64,000 nt of DNA from Geosiphon pyriformis uo1 (GCA_016748015.1 JAAOMT010000040.1:682001-746000); one strand, 5' to 3'; shown: positions 12,232-26,872, counted from the first letter of the stretch. Notes: a model not told the origin generated them from the letters alone. Numbers and translations are program-made.

Positions 12232-15200
12232 ATGTCAATTTATCCTCTGTATAAAGAAATTTTTCCACCCACGGTCGTCGAAGAGGTAGCTTATGCCAAT
12301 TTTACAGGGCCAAATGATATCAATCTCATAGTTGGAAGAACATCTATACTGCAAATCTACAAGTTCTTCGAAGAAGTTGATCTAGCTTCGGAGTTGGCTG
12401 CTATTGATGAGAACCCCGTAGTTAGTGAGTTGGGCCACAAGGATGAAGATCAGGTAGGCGAGGACCAAAGCCCACCGTGACGTTTGCTCATTCAACTATA
12501 GTTTTATACCCACCAACACCTAAGGAAGGACTCTATTTATTAGACTTTGGGATTTCAGAGAACATACATTCTTTCTTTTCACTTAACCTTTTAATTAAAA
12601 CTCCTCCTTAGCGCTTTAATAGTTCCCAATATCTTTATTGAATTCCTTTAGAATAACTGATCATTAAATAATTTTCTGATCTTGCTATTGAGATTGAGCA
12701 TTTCTAGTTACAAAAGGCTTTTGGAATTATATCTTACTTAGGAATAAGATAAATAGAAGGATAAAATCCATGTAATTTTTTTTTAAAATAAAAGTTTATA
12801 CAATAAATCCTGCGTTATTGCATCTAAAACGTCCAATAATCGATTTAAATGATTTTTATTTGCTCCACATTTATTTTGCAATAGTTCCCGTTCACATAAT
12901 GATCCATTTTTTTACTCGCCTAATCTTTGCATCTTTCACTAGGACTTTATCTTTCCCGCTTTGAAACCTGCGAATTCCTCACTTACGATGACTGCCCACT
13001 TGGAACTTGTGGCACAGTACAAACTTCACGGAAATATAGCTTCTATTGGGGTTATCCGAACAATTTCCTCAGGAGCAAATGGGATGGATAGTTTACTATT
13101 GAGCTTTAAAGATGCGAAGGTATTTTTTCCGATGATCATTTGTCTTTGATTATCATTGAAATCGATTTCGTTAAACGATCTGGTCACTTTTTTTATTCTT
13201 TTTCCAGTTATCTTTATTAGAATTTTCATTAGCTACCAATAACGTAATTACAGTATCAATACATTACTATGAACGCGAAGAATTTAAGGTAATAAAAGCC
13301 AAATGCTTTCTCTTTCTGCTAAATCCTTTAGAATCGGGCATTTATTATTTTTGAAATTCAAAAGCGAGAATTTCTTTCTAATCCGTGTACAACCGAGCTG
13401 CGTGTGGATCCATCCAATCGTTGCGCGGTGATGAATTTCTACTGCGATCGTTTAGCTATACTTCCATTTCGTCAAGAGGAATCCATGCATATGGATGAAG
13501 AGGAAATTGCCAGGTCAGAGCAGATATCCATTTCACAGTCAAGATTTGAACCCTACAATTCTTTTAACATATAAATTTAAGATACTAACCACCACATAGC
13601 AAGCTTGAAGAATATTTTCTCACAGGTTTCGTTTTTATATAGAAAATGGCCGTATTCACCTAGTTTTGTCGTCAAATTGACTTCGATACATAGAAAACTT
13701 AAAAATGTGATTGACATGAAATTCTTGGATGATTATTATGAACCAACATTGGCTATCCTTTTTGAGCCGTTACAAACTTGGCCAGGGTGAGTTGTTGAAT
13801 TTTTTTCTTCAGGACCTTCAGGAATTTACGCTTTACTTCAAACCTAGGAAACTGTCGTCGAAGAAAGATTCATGCTCTCTAGTTGTAGTATCACTCGATT
13901 TATCGCAAAAATTATATCCAATCATTTACGCCATTGAAGAATTACCTCACTCCAGCGTAAAACTCATTCCCATTCCTAAACCAGTTGGTGGGATTCTGGT
14001 GGTATCCGCCAATTCTCTAATTCACGTGGATCAAAGTGCATCAATAATCGCCCATGCCGTAAACGGCTACGCGGTATCAGCGACTGATATTCCTCTTGAT
14101 CAATCACAAGAACGATTGGGTCTCAGTCTGGAAGGCTCTCAACACCTTGTACTTGATTCCCATCATGTTCTACTTTTCTTGGCCAATGGCAAACTCTACC
14201 TGGTTGAATTTATTATAGACGGACGATATGTGTCAAGGATGGATGTCCGTGAGACTGGCGAAAGTACTCTCGCATCATGCGTTTGCCGGATCAATGATGA
14301 ATATGTATTTGTTGGGTCAAGGCTAGGAGATTCCCATTTAATCAAATATAAATTAAACCAAAACGAAAACGAGGTAATAAGGTCATCCCAAAATCGAGTG
14401 TTTTACTAATGGAAACAGCATAACCAAATGAATATCGACATTATTAGGTCAATAAAAACACAATTGATGAGCCAGGTGAGCAAAGCAAAGCTGGAAAAAC
14501 TTGTAATTCAGTTGTCTAATAAGAATTCTATTAAAAACCTTCAAAATATTAGATCTCTATGGAAGTGGCTCAAAAGTTGCTGCCAACAACACACTGAATG
14601 AGACGATTGATGGAAATGAAACATCTTCAAATGAAATTGATTTCAAGATTTGTGACACTTTGACTAATGTGGGACCAATAATTGATATGGCTTACGGTGA
14701 GCCAGCTTATCCCGAGGTATAATCCAATTTCTGACAGTATTTGTTGCGACATATAGTCTAATGTCATAAGAATTTTTAAATTTTATTAATTAAAGGGAGT
14801 TGATCATACTTTACATAAGGATCTGGAGTTAGTCACATGTTCCGGATACGGCAAATCAGGCTCTCTTTATGTATTTCATGTAAGCGTTAAATATGGCAAT
14901 TTAAAATTATCAGTTCATTGTTCCTTTCTTCTAATTTTGATTCTTAATAATAGCGTAACGTTGATCCGCGCTTAATCAGCTCTTTTGCTTTGGAAGATTG
15001 TCAGAATATGTGGACTGTACGTTGCCGTAAAGAATATATGTATGAAGGAATAAAAATTGACAACGGGCGCGATTTAAATGACGATGAAACATTTGACAAC
15101 TACCTTTTTATATCTCTAAACAATAGGACCATGGTAAATTATGGATTTGTGAAAATTTAAATTGGGAATAGAGTTTTAATTCTATTAGGTTTTAGCTATT

Positions 15201-18200
15201 AGCAACCGGCGAAGAACTACAAGAACTCGAGAATTCTGGATTCTATGCTGATGGGCCAACTATTGCGGTCGGATCCTTACTGAATGAACTAAGGATTGTT
15301 CAAGTTCACTCTGGGGGCCTATACTTGTTAGACGGTGGTAAATATTTGAAAACCCTAAAAATATTTTTTCGCCAAAGTCAGTACGATATCGTTCACATTT
15401 TTATTGATTACTAGATTGCAAAGAAAAGCAGTTATTGCCCATGGCAGAGGACTCGGAGAAGGGATCCATTGTGTTCGCAAGTATTGTAGATCCGTACGTT
15501 CTGCTCTTATTCCAGAACGGAGACATCACTTTGTTAAAGGCTGATGAAAAGACTAATGATATCGATTTTTATCAGCCATCCACAATCAATGTAAATTTTT
15601 AATTTTATTGGTGCATATAAAATTTTTAAAAGCAGCATCACCTCATCAGTTATTCATATACTAAACTTAGGATAAAGGTATCCCTATCGAATCATGCTGT
15701 CTCTACCGAGATGACACAGCTCTTTTCGCCCTTGTGGAAGATGTTTCAGTATCTATGCCCCAAAAAGCAAAAATCAAGAAGAACGATGTTGAGCAAAGAG
15801 AGATAATTGAGAAGGATTTAATATATCCTACATCCTCCCTTGATATCGATGATCAAATTGACAATGAGTTGTATGGGGATGCAAATGATCCTGCTGACAA
15901 TATAATAAGCGAGGAAGATGAAAACATGAAACTAGATAATGACCTGGAGCATCAGGAAGGATTTCACTTTCTAAATGATGAAATTCAAGGGAATGATAAA
16001 GAACAGATAACTTACTGGTGTACTATTCACAGGAAGGATGGCTCTTTGGAGGTACAAAGTATCGTGATAGAATATTGAATATCTTGAATAATTTTTTTGC
16101 ATGGTCTGATCATATATATTTGCTCCTATTAACAGATTTATAGATTGCCAGAGTTTGAAGAAGTTTTCTATTGTCCACATTTTGATTTATTTCCGGCTGT
16201 TCTGTCTGATATGATTATTCCGCAAAAAAACAAATCTCCAGGACTTTCCACCGAAATCAATGAAATAACAATGGCTAATCTAGGAGGAAAGAAAAAAGCT
16301 CCTTATCTAATTGTAACTAAGAATTGTTATTTCGGGAAAATTATTTCAATTTCAATTATTCTTAATACTCATTAAGCATTTTTTAGGCGCGATCAAACAT
16401 AGGGGATATTGTTATATACAAAGCATTTCGATATTTACCAGGGAACGAAACCTCTTCTGAGCCATCACAAGCTATCAATTCTGAAGATTATAGGTCGCGA
16501 CTTGCAGTTCGCTTTTCACGAGCGCACAACGAATACATCTCCCGAGAAACGATTCATAGCGACGATTACGATAAACCAAGTTTTAAAAAAAATGTAACAC
16601 AAAATGGCGCCAGCCACGAATCAAATGATCTGAAAAACAATGATCCAGAAAAGAAAATTTTTGCAATCAGCGAAGCTCGACAATCTCAGTTAATACCATT
16701 TACTAATATATCGGGATATTCTGGTGTGTTTGTGACTGGGGATAGGCCTGCTTGGTTGATATGCTCAGGGAAAAGTTACTTAAGGATTCATCCGATGAGT
16801 GGAGACGGTGTGATAAAATGTTTTACTCAATTTCATAACATCAATTGCCATCATGGATTCTTATACTCTAATAAAGAGGTAATTATCTATTAGAAATGTG
16901 AATAGGAGTTATTATTTACGTTATACAAGAGCTTAAAATATAGTTATGTGATTGCCTAGGAAATATGTCGGATGTCTGAATTGCCTAGAGATTTTTCCTA
17001 CGATATGGAATGGGCGGTGAGAAAAGTTCCACTCGGACGTTCTGTACATGGTGTGGAATACCATCCTGAAATGCAAGTTTACATTGTCATGACATCTGAA
17101 CCTATTCCATTTCACATAAGAGATGAGAATGGTGACCCAATTGATGGAGAACATGGTAAATTTGAATTGAAGATTACTTGTTTTTTAATAAAGATTAAAC
17201 TGATTTTTTTCATAGATGATGCCCACTATCGTCCCGACACATATAGGTATTTTCTTGAACTTGTTTCACCGATAACATGGGAGACTGTAGATGAGTAAGT
17301 GTCATATTTACTCTTCTTATTTTCATCATTGTATCCTTTTCTAAAGTTATCCTCTGTTTGTAGACATAAGTTTTACGAAGATGAGCAAGGATTAAGTGTA
17401 AAATGTGTTAGCCTTCAAACGAAATCAACAGCAAGTGGCCGTAAATTTTTTGTAGCCGTCGGCACTGGTTATTTTAGGGGTGAAGATGTTGGCACGAGAG
17501 GAACAGTATGTATTTTTTCAGGCGTTACAAGGAATCGATAACAAACGATTGATGATTGTTCTTCTGATTTAGGTTTATATATTTGAAATTGTCGAAGTGG
17601 TACCTGAACCTGATAATCCACAAAGCAATCACAAATACAAAATGTTGTGTTTCGAAGATACAAAAGGGTCAGTTACAGCAATGTGTGATGTGAATGGATA
17701 TCTTCTAACTTGTGTTGGACCAAAGGTAACAAATTCAGATTTTCATTGTTCTCATTATGAAATTATATTGACCTTCAAATATTCATTCTTAGATATTCAT
17801 TCGTGCATTTGAAGACAATGACCGACTTATCAGCGTTGCATTCATAGATATTCAAATTTATGTCACTACAGTAGCATCAATAAAGGACTTTATTTTATTG
17901 GGAGATGTTTACAAAAGTTTATGGTTCTTGGGATTTCAGGTAGGAATCCAAACAATCGTAAAAATTTTCTATTTCATTTCTATATTTCTGATAGCTGTTA
18001 AACTATACAGGAAGAACCTGCGAAGCTGGCCTTACTTGGCAAAGACTATCATGAATTAGAGGTCGTATCGGCAAATTTTATCCTTGATGGCAAGGTTTTA
18101 TCTTTTGTGGTCTCGGATATCAATAAAAATCTGCACTTATTTCAATATGCCCCTCATAGTATGCTTTTCCCTTGTTATTTAATCTCAATTAATTATGATA

Positions 18201-18903
18201 TACAAATATCTAATATTCACTTAAATTACAGATGTTCAATCTTTTGCCGGTCACAAATTAATACGACGTGGAGACTTTCACGTTGGAGGACAAGTCAAAG
18301 CTACTTTGATGATGCCTCAGCGTGAAGTGACACGACGTTACCTCGACAGAGATCACATGATAAATGAAGATGAAGGGGAAAGTGTAAAAAGGCTTTGTCT
18401 TTGTGGTATGTAATAATCTTTTTATTCTGAAAGAAAAATAATGTGACATAGCCAAATTTCTAAATATCTTTTTGGAATTTTTTTTTACTTTAGGAACTCT
18501 CGATGGTAGTATAGGCATGATTACACCAATTCCCGAGAAAATGTATAAACGAATGCAGCTTTTGTATTCCCAGATGGTGAATGGGATTCAGCATCCAGCT
18601 GGGCTAAATCCAAAGTCTTTCAGGTGGGATTTCATTCATCTAACCCTTAAATGTTCAAAAACCGATAGGAAAATAAATTTCATTTATAATATTTTAATCT
18701 AAATCTTCTTTCGCAGGCTTTTACAGTCAAACCAACGCTTAGCGACTAATCCGGCGAAGGGAGTATTAGATGGTGATCTGTTATTTCAGTTCCCGAATTT
18801 ATCGCTCAATCGGCAGCGAGAAATGACCAAACAAATTGGTACCACTCCAGAGCGGATAATGGATGATTTGCTGGCAGTACAAATATCTTGTGATTATTTT
18901 TAA
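12232..18903 (+). CDS. CFT1: Cleavage and polyadenylation specificity factor subunit 1 (CPSF160/Cft1), multi-exon
   Basis: N-terminal YKEIFPPTVVE, DSLLLSFKDAK, TVSIHYYE, YYEPTLAILFEP, FVGSRLGDS, GYSGVFVTGDRP, VGTGYFRGED, LLGDVYKS, HPAGLNPKSFR, LDGDLL; about 20 GT-AG introns; stop TAA 18901-18903. Confidence 0.96.
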
Positions 18904-21900
18904 TATACCCTTCAAGGCTTTTGGGATAATATTTATTGTTCAAGTAACATTTCAGCAATCACTTAAAAATGAAGACCAGCGTGGTTTTAATCTTTTAATA
19001 AGAGATACCCAGACAAGTAGAGTAAGAGTATTAAAGTTATGTTTTACTTGTTTAGTGTTTGGAACTTTTTAGCGGTTGAACTTTTGAGCCTTTAGCTCGA
19101 AGATTCGATCGTAGAAATGTTCAAGATCTCCGAGAAAAAATGACTTTTTGTACCCTTACTTATATCCTCCATTACGTTGATTTGTCCATTTTGTATAGTC
19201 CAATCACAGCAATGATTTTCACCAAATATATTATAATATAGATTTAAATAAAAAATATAAGTTGCTTTAAAAATTTTAAATAAAACAATATAATTTTAAA
19301 ACAATAGTTTAAAATCATATAATGTTAAAAATATAGTAATGTTAAAATTATATAAACATAATTAAAATTAACTGAAAACATATTTTTATTTCAAAATTTT
19401 ATCTGAATTTTAAAATTTAATATAAATATTAAAAACATTTGTTATAAAAAATATTATTTATAAATTAAAATTTAATTTTTCTTATTTAAAAATAAATTAA
19501 CTTTGAATTAATTTTCATAGTTTTAATTGTTAATTATATAATTTATATAGTTTACAAATGTACATAAATTTTATTTATATTAAATATTTATTGAAAATTT
19601 TTTTAATTTAATTAATTTATATTTATCAGAATTTATATATATTTACACTTAAATTGAAATTACTTGTGTCAAATTACATTTTAAATTTTAAAATTAAGAT
19701 TAAAATGAATATTAAAATAATTATTAAGCTAATAAAACAAAGAAATAATTATCAATTTATATATTTAAAATATTTTATTAATAATTAAATTTGAAATCTT
19801 ATTATTAAAAATAGTAGACTATAATATATGTTTGAATTTTTTATTTTATTTAAAACATTAATATTAAAAATTACAGCACTTGTAAGTTAAAAAAGATAAA
19901 TTATGCAAATAAACAAAAACAAAAAACCAGTTATTATTTCTTTTTATGCCATAATATACACAGTATTTAACTAAAAACTATATAACTATTTTTCATATTA
20001 TAATTAACATCACTTATATATCAAAAAGCTAATTTAAATAAGTATTAAATATTCTCAACATTTATTTTATAATTATAATTAACAAAATTTTGTATAAATT
20101 AATTATAACATATGCAATTTGTAATTAATATACTTTGTAAATAAAAATCACCTATTTTTTCTGTACATATTTGTAAGACCAATAAAAACTGATTATAACA
20201 ACTTATTGTTAAATTCAATTTTATAAGCACATTTAAATAACTTAATACTTTTGATGTCAATATTTTTCAACAATTGATGTTAACAAAATTAATAAATCAA
20301 TTAATTTAAAAAGTTATCTTATTAATATTTAGTAAATTTTCTATTATAATGTTTTAAATTTTTGCATTATTTTATAAAGAAAAAAAGCTCTTAATAATAT
20401 TTATAATACAATTTTAAATATAAAAGAAATAATTTATTCTCAAAACAGTTAAATCAAGAATATTCTTTAGGATTTTTGAAAATATGTTTATTAATTTAAC
20501 ATGAAGAATAGATTTTTTAAGAATGTTATGCAATTATTAAAATATGAACAATACTTAGTTTTTTATAATTATGTTATCTCCAACTTATGCTTAAATTTTT
20601 ACTTGATAATTAAAAATTTAATAGCAAATGAGTTGATTAAAAAAGGATTAAATTTTTTTCGTGTAGAAAATCTTAAAAGATGTTTTTTTATTTGATACAT
20701 GAGTTGTATAATAGATCGGTCTATAATATTCCAGTTTCTAATCTTATGTAATACTTAAGGCTTTGAAAGAAAAATAATTTTCAGGTAAAAAAAATCTCTC
20801 AATATCTTGGTATTATTATACATATAGTTAAAAATATAGAAAAAATCACAATAAGTAGAAAATTTTTTATAATAATTTTAGTTAAGGATGATTCAAAAGC
20901 TTTTTTCTGTGATCATTAAAATGCCAATCTCCTAAAAATTTTCAGTGCAAATTATTTTGTTATTCTGAACATTATCATATCAAAATATGCATAATAATTA
21001 ACCAAAATTTTTAAAATTTTATATTTTGTATCTTTATAAATTTGTATTTGAAAAATTGTTGGTTAATTTTATTATTTTATCAATAAATATATAAAAAGAA
21101 ATAGACTAAATAATCAACTTTTTAAATTCACAAAAAATATTTTGTTATTTGATATTGTTTTTATTTACTATTTACTACTTTTTATTTAATAGCTAAAATT
21201 ATAAACTTTAATTTTTAAATTTAGCTTGAAATTGTAATATTATATTATTGCAATTAAGACAATAATTTAATTAGCTTAAAACATATTTTAGTTTTTATTT
21301 TACATAAGAATTTTTTATATTAAAAATTATAATAAATTTCAATTGTTGCAAATATATATTTGTGAAAATTTTATTTATTGTTATACTTAAATCTAAATTT
21401 AAATAAAAAATTCAAACTTATTTAAAGTTTGTTAACAAATGCAAGAAATTAATTTTATTTTATTTTATCTAACAGAAAATTTAAGATCCAAGTTTTAAAA
21501 TCCCATAGGTTTTTTAATTATTTATTTCAATCTCACTTCAACATTTATTAAAGTCTTTATGTCTGACAAAATATCTCAAAAAGAAAGTATACAATAAAAG
21601 TGGTTCATAATAGTTAGATTTCTTACAGGTATTTGCTGATATTGGAAACGCTAGGATTTGCATCCTGTTAAACAATTTCACAATTTGGAAATTTATAGAC
21701 AGTTCTAAGGATTCAATTCTTGATGTAATGCATACTTGTCTTGTGTTATGGTTACTAATTGAATCGAATTTACTTCCAATTCTATGCCTAATTGAAAAAA
21801 TCGTTTCTCAAAAATTCATCTTAGTCCTGAAACGTAGAAATTATTAAGGATAATGGAAAAATTTAATGAATATGAATTCATTAGATAACTTCTGAAGATT

Positions 21901-22575
21901 AAATTGAAGTAATTTAAAAATTAAAACTTTTAATAATGTAGAGTGATTTAGTTACGAAAAAGACTTCATAGTGAATTCAATATTACCTAAGGATTGATAA
22001 GATAACGATATGGGTAGTACAAATTAATTTGTAAATACCGGAAATTTTAAAGCTACCAAAAATCCGAAAAGTTTTTTATCATTAAAAAAACTATTCTGAC
22101 CTTTATCACTTTTGTGTATCTTCACATCACTTCTTAGTGTTTGATATTTGGAATTAAAATCTTTTTAAGAAAAACCACACATTTTAAAAATCAGAAACCG
22201 TTGTGTAACTTCAAAAACAATGAGAATAAAAGTTATCTATTTTAAGGAGTGCTGAAACAGGTGTTACCTGCAAATTTAAAACAATAAAACCTAAATATAA
22301 CACCATTTAGATGTTCCGTATCCTGATGAATTTTAATATCAAATTCGGAAATCATGCAATGTTCCACTAAAAGTCTTATCGTTGTGAAATGCGGTTATTA
22401 TTTATTAATGTCTAACTTATATTTAATTTCATACTTTTTTCTATTCATCTTTTCTCATCTCTTTAAAAATGTTCTTTTGAATTAAAATTTTCTTCTTTCC
22501 TATTTGTATATATATATCATTCTTCATTTAATACTTAGCAATTATATCAGTTATATTATTAAAATTTTCTAAATC

Positions 22576-23478
22576 ATGCGGGGACATGAAGAATCTCAAA
22601 GCAAAGTGCTAATTACTCGACTCCTATTTCCACAACTTGTAAACCGAAATGTGTGCATTATTGCATTCTTTCTTGCCATATTTTTATTTGCCACTATGTT
22701 TCAAATTGTTGATGCTTCTCTTCTAAAGAACAAAATTTCAGTTATGAATGTGAATGTAAAATGGGAGAATGTGGAAAGGTCTGATAATATCAAAAAATGG
22801 GGAATCAAAAGGGATCCGCTAACGAAGAAATCGAGAGAAACCACGAAAGAAGAGAAGCTTAATGACAAAAACACAAATTTTATTCAGATTGTCGAGGAAA
22901 AAAAAGATGTAATTAATAATGGAAGTAGACTTTTGAAACAATTATGCCGTCGTGATAATCATTCCAAGTCCTCAGTTGAGAAAGTTAAATCGTCAAAAAC
23001 TAAAAATAAGGGGGATAATAACAGCGATAGTAACAGCTCTGGGAATTCTTTGAAGAAAGATTTAATTACTGAAAATTCCACCTTACCAGAACCAAATAAT
23101 GAAAATAACAATTTTAATAATACCAGCCTAATTGAAACTGCATTAAATTCTGAAATCTCCAACCCAAATGCACTCCAAAACGTAACCTCATCAATAATCG
23201 CACAAAACGATGGCCAAGATGAACCTCTCCCTGGTCGAGAAATTAATATTTTTGCCATGAGCCTGGTAGTCATTGGAATTCTAATTGTTTTTAGTGCTAT
23301 TTTTGTGATGTGTAGTATTTTAGAACGAGGAAGGTATCGAAAACAATTTCGAAGAAGGCGACGAGTTGTGTCGCAAAATAGGGTTGGGATCATTGGGAGT
23401 GGGGCTGGTGTTCCTTTTGACATTGATAACCGTCATAAATCAAATCAAGTGGATGAAGAAATTGGGACAGCAAGATGA
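22576..23478 (+). CDS. Uncharacterised type I membrane protein (N-terminal signal/anchor, N/S-rich stalk, C-terminal TM helix, poly-Arg tail)
   Basis: 300-aa ATG ORF; hydrophobic VCIIAFFLAIFLFATMF and IFAMSLVVIGILIVFSAIFVMC; RYRKQFRRRRR after the second helix. Confidence 0.75.
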   Translation: MRGHEESQSKVLITRLLFPQLVNRNVCIIAFFLAIFLFATMFQIVDASLLKNKISVMNVNVKWENVERSDNIKKWGIKRDPLTKKSRETTKEEKLNDKNTNFIQIVEEKKDVINNGSRLLKQLCRRDNHSKSSVEKVKSSKTKNKGDNNSDSNSSGNSLKKDLITENSTLPEPNNENNNFNNTSLIETALNSEISNPNALQNVTSSIIAQNDGQDEPLPGREINIFAMSLVVIGILIVFSAIFVMCSILERGRYRKQFRRRRRVVSQNRVGIIGSGAGVPFDIDNRHKSNQVDEEIGTAR

Positions 23479-24184
23479 ATGTTGATAATTGATACAAAAG
23501 TTTTAAACTTTTTACTCAAACTAGGACAATGAGTATATTCGTTTCAGGAGTAAAAGATTGATTCTTTTATTTTTTTATTATAACAAATTCAAAAATTTCC
23601 ATACAAAACCCGAATCTTATTTTATTCTCATTAAAGAGCTAACTGTTATATTATAGAATTACATTTGTTTTTATTCATTTGATGGCCGAAAACAATGTTC
23701 ATGAATTAAATGTGGCTATATTTTGATAAAAAATGAGAAGTATCTTCAACGAAAGTTACAGTTGTCGCGAAAAGCAATAACTGTTAAAGTTCTTCCGCAA
23801 TACGAATTATGATGGATTCATTTCCTGATTACTTTGAGATGTAGTATGATTTTCGATTATGGGGTAAAACTATAACCAATTCATTGATCATAACATTCAA
23901 GGATGATTGTTCAAGAGGAGATGCGCAACAAAGTATTTCAATGTACTCCCTCTCTCTCATATGCCATCTTTAATATTTACATATTAAACGTTCACAGCCT
24001 CTATATTTTAGGCAATGTATCAATTTTGTTCTTGAAAATCTTTACTAAAAAGCTCATTTATATCCAAATAATTATATTTGAGAAACGTGAAAATGCCGAA
24101 AAAGGAGGATATCTGCTATTGTTCGTCATTTTAAAAATTTTCTCCTTAAACTTTTACCATTTCAATTAAATAAATTACATGTCT

Positions 24185-24870
24185 TAATTTGAGTTTTATG
24201 AATGGGACATGCTGTTGGTTTTGGTAGTTAAGAACAGTATTAGGATCTTTTTCTTTATCAATCAAAGAAAAGTTATTGCCTCTAATAATAGGTTTAAGGC
24301 CAAGTTGGTCAATCTTCTTTTTGATTGCACAGTTTTAAAATCAATAAATTGGTCTTTCAGTTTCATGGTTGTATTTGTTTTATTTTCTATTTTTTTAATT
24401 CTGCTCAATACTACAATTATTACTTTTGGATCTCAAAAGAATGTGAATGCTACAATTGTTAAAACTAGTATTTTAAAAAGATATATTTAGTAAAAAACTT
24501 TTGGATGTTAGATTATTTGATTTTAGATTACAAAATGTCTTTTTCTTTTTTTTCAAAAACTTTGTTTAAATATGTAGTCGGTTTTAAGATTTTTAAGTTT
24601 TATATTAAAGTTTTTGCTTTTTTGGCTTTTTAAATTTGAGCTGGCTAAGTTGGCTTTATTAATTAAATTTATTATTAAGTCTATTAATGTTTTGGTTTTT
24701 ATGATAATAAAGTTAATTGATATATTTTTTGCTTTATATACAAAGTTAAAAAAAATCTGTTTTGTTTTTAAAAAAATTATTAATAAGTTAAGTAAAAAAA
24801 TTATTAAATTTAAGATAAATTATATAATTAAAAATAATAATATTATTAAAAATATATTTGTTTAGATAAT
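24185..24870 (+). mobile_element. Degenerate non-LTR retrotransposon ORF1 fragment (divergent relative of the 41.7 kb element)
   Basis: VLVVKNSIRI...ASNNRFKAKLVNL...ITFGSQ resembles the younger ORF1 segment FLIGKDSVHM...ASKNWFRVLLFTL...VVGFES; decays into AT-rich sequence. Confidence 0.5.
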
Positions 24871-26671
24871 AGCTTTTTAAAAGCATTAAACATTTAATAT
24901 TAAATTAAATACAAATAAAATTAATAAATAATTAAGTAATATAATTATATATAATAATATATTAGTTGTTTTTATACATAAAATGTTTTTTAGAGTAAGT
25001 TTTTTATTAAATTTAATATAGTTTAATATAAACTAAATTTTTATTTAATTATATATAAAAAATATATAAATTATATTAATTTTAAACTATTTAAACATTA
25101 TATTATAATAAATTATTATTATTTTTTTTAATAGTTTTATGAATAAAATCCAAATACTATCTAGTATATACATTAAACAAAGTAATTTAAACTAAGCATA
25201 AATTATGTATTTATTACATGTAATTAGTATTATCCAATTAGAAAAACTAATTCAAAACTGTTGAAAAAATGTAATAACTACATAAGAATATAAAATAACA
25301 TAGAATAATACAAAATAACATGTAATAATGCAAATTAATATAAAAAAACATACAATAATATACAATAACATAAAATAGTACAGAGTAACTAATAATAACA
25401 TAGAATAACTAATTATAATATAAAAAACAAACACAATAACTGAAATAGTAAGTAATAGTTAATAATAACAAACAATTGAAAACAATTTTATAAAACTAAA
25501 AAATATGTATTAAAATAAGTAATTTTAGAAATAAAATAACAGACTATATAAAAATTAAAATAATATTTTTATTTTATTTTTAGTCTTAAAAATCTTTTTT
25601 TATTATTTATTATTTTTTTATTTTTTTTTATTTCTTTTGCAAAATGGCAATATTAAAAATTAACTGTTTTAGAATTAAATTTTATAATAATTTGGTAAAA
25701 AAAAAGCTTTTTTTAGATTTAGATATTAACTTTATCTTGTTAACTTATTAAAAAAACAAAAAAATAATATTAATAGTAATTATACTTAATTAGTTTAGAA
25801 AAAAACACAAATATAATAACATAATTAAAAAAACAATATTTTTGTGTCTTATAACAAAAATACTTAACAAGTAAAATTTTAAACAAAAAAACTTTCAAAG
25901 ATTGATAATTTATTTTATTAACAAAACCAATTTATTTGAAATTATTTTGTTTTTAATATTAATTTATAAACATCAAATATTATAATTATATCTTATTAAA
26001 TTTATTTGTAATAGCCACTTAAGCCAATTAAAACAATATTAATACTACTGTTAATATTAAAAATAAATAAACATAAAATATATATGTCAAAACTTATACT
26101 TAAAGCTTTAGCAATACTAAATAATTTAATTATACTCTTTGACTATATACTTAGAAAACTGTCAAAAAAAGAAGACATCAAACTATCTAATAGAATTAAA
26201 TCTTTTTTTTCTATAATCACATAATACTTAAAACATATGAACCAAATTCTATTTTTGTAAGCCAAAACCAAAACCAAACCACAAACAAAGTTTATAATCT
26301 TATTAACAGTAATATTAAAATTTTTAAAAACAAAAAAAAAATTTACAAATCAAGTTTTAAAAACAAAATTCTTGTATAAAGCAATATAAACTATAGAATT
26401 TTATAAATATAATAACAATAATTAAAACATACAAAATAAAAAATTAACACAGACCAAAAAAATTTTACATGGTAGTCTAAGAAACCAACAAAATATTATA
26501 AACAACAGAATTCAATTTTATAATCTTTGAAAATTTAATATATTGAAAAGCTTACAAAATTGAAATTTTAACAATTTTCAGACCAAATTTTTTCAATAAT
26601 TTTGGTTTACTATCTAGAAATTACAAACAATATTTAAACTTTAATAAAGCTTAGTTTTAAAAAAAAAATTA

Positions 26672-26872
26672 TGTTATTAGCAAAAATTTGAGATATTATT
26701 TAACATAAAATTATTTTTATAATTTTTATTATTAATTAACATATATTATTATTTCAATTTATTATTTATTATCTTATTAAATTATCTGAATTATTATTTA
26801 ATTAATAATTTGATTTATATAAAACACAAATATAATTAAATTATAATAATTAGATTATATAATATATAGAAT
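26672..26872 (+). repeat. About 200-bp direct repeat, copy 1 (LTR-like, begins TGTTA)
   Basis: Aligns by eye along its length with 32159-32361; preceded by an A-run that may be a decayed polypurine tract. Confidence 0.7.

Noticed and set aside
22959-23423. 154-aa antisense ORF
   Set aside because: Shadow of the plus-strand membrane protein gene
25900-26660. Possible additional LTR-element body upstream of repeat copy 1
   Set aside because: Looks like eroded coding sequence, but no motif could be identified with confidence
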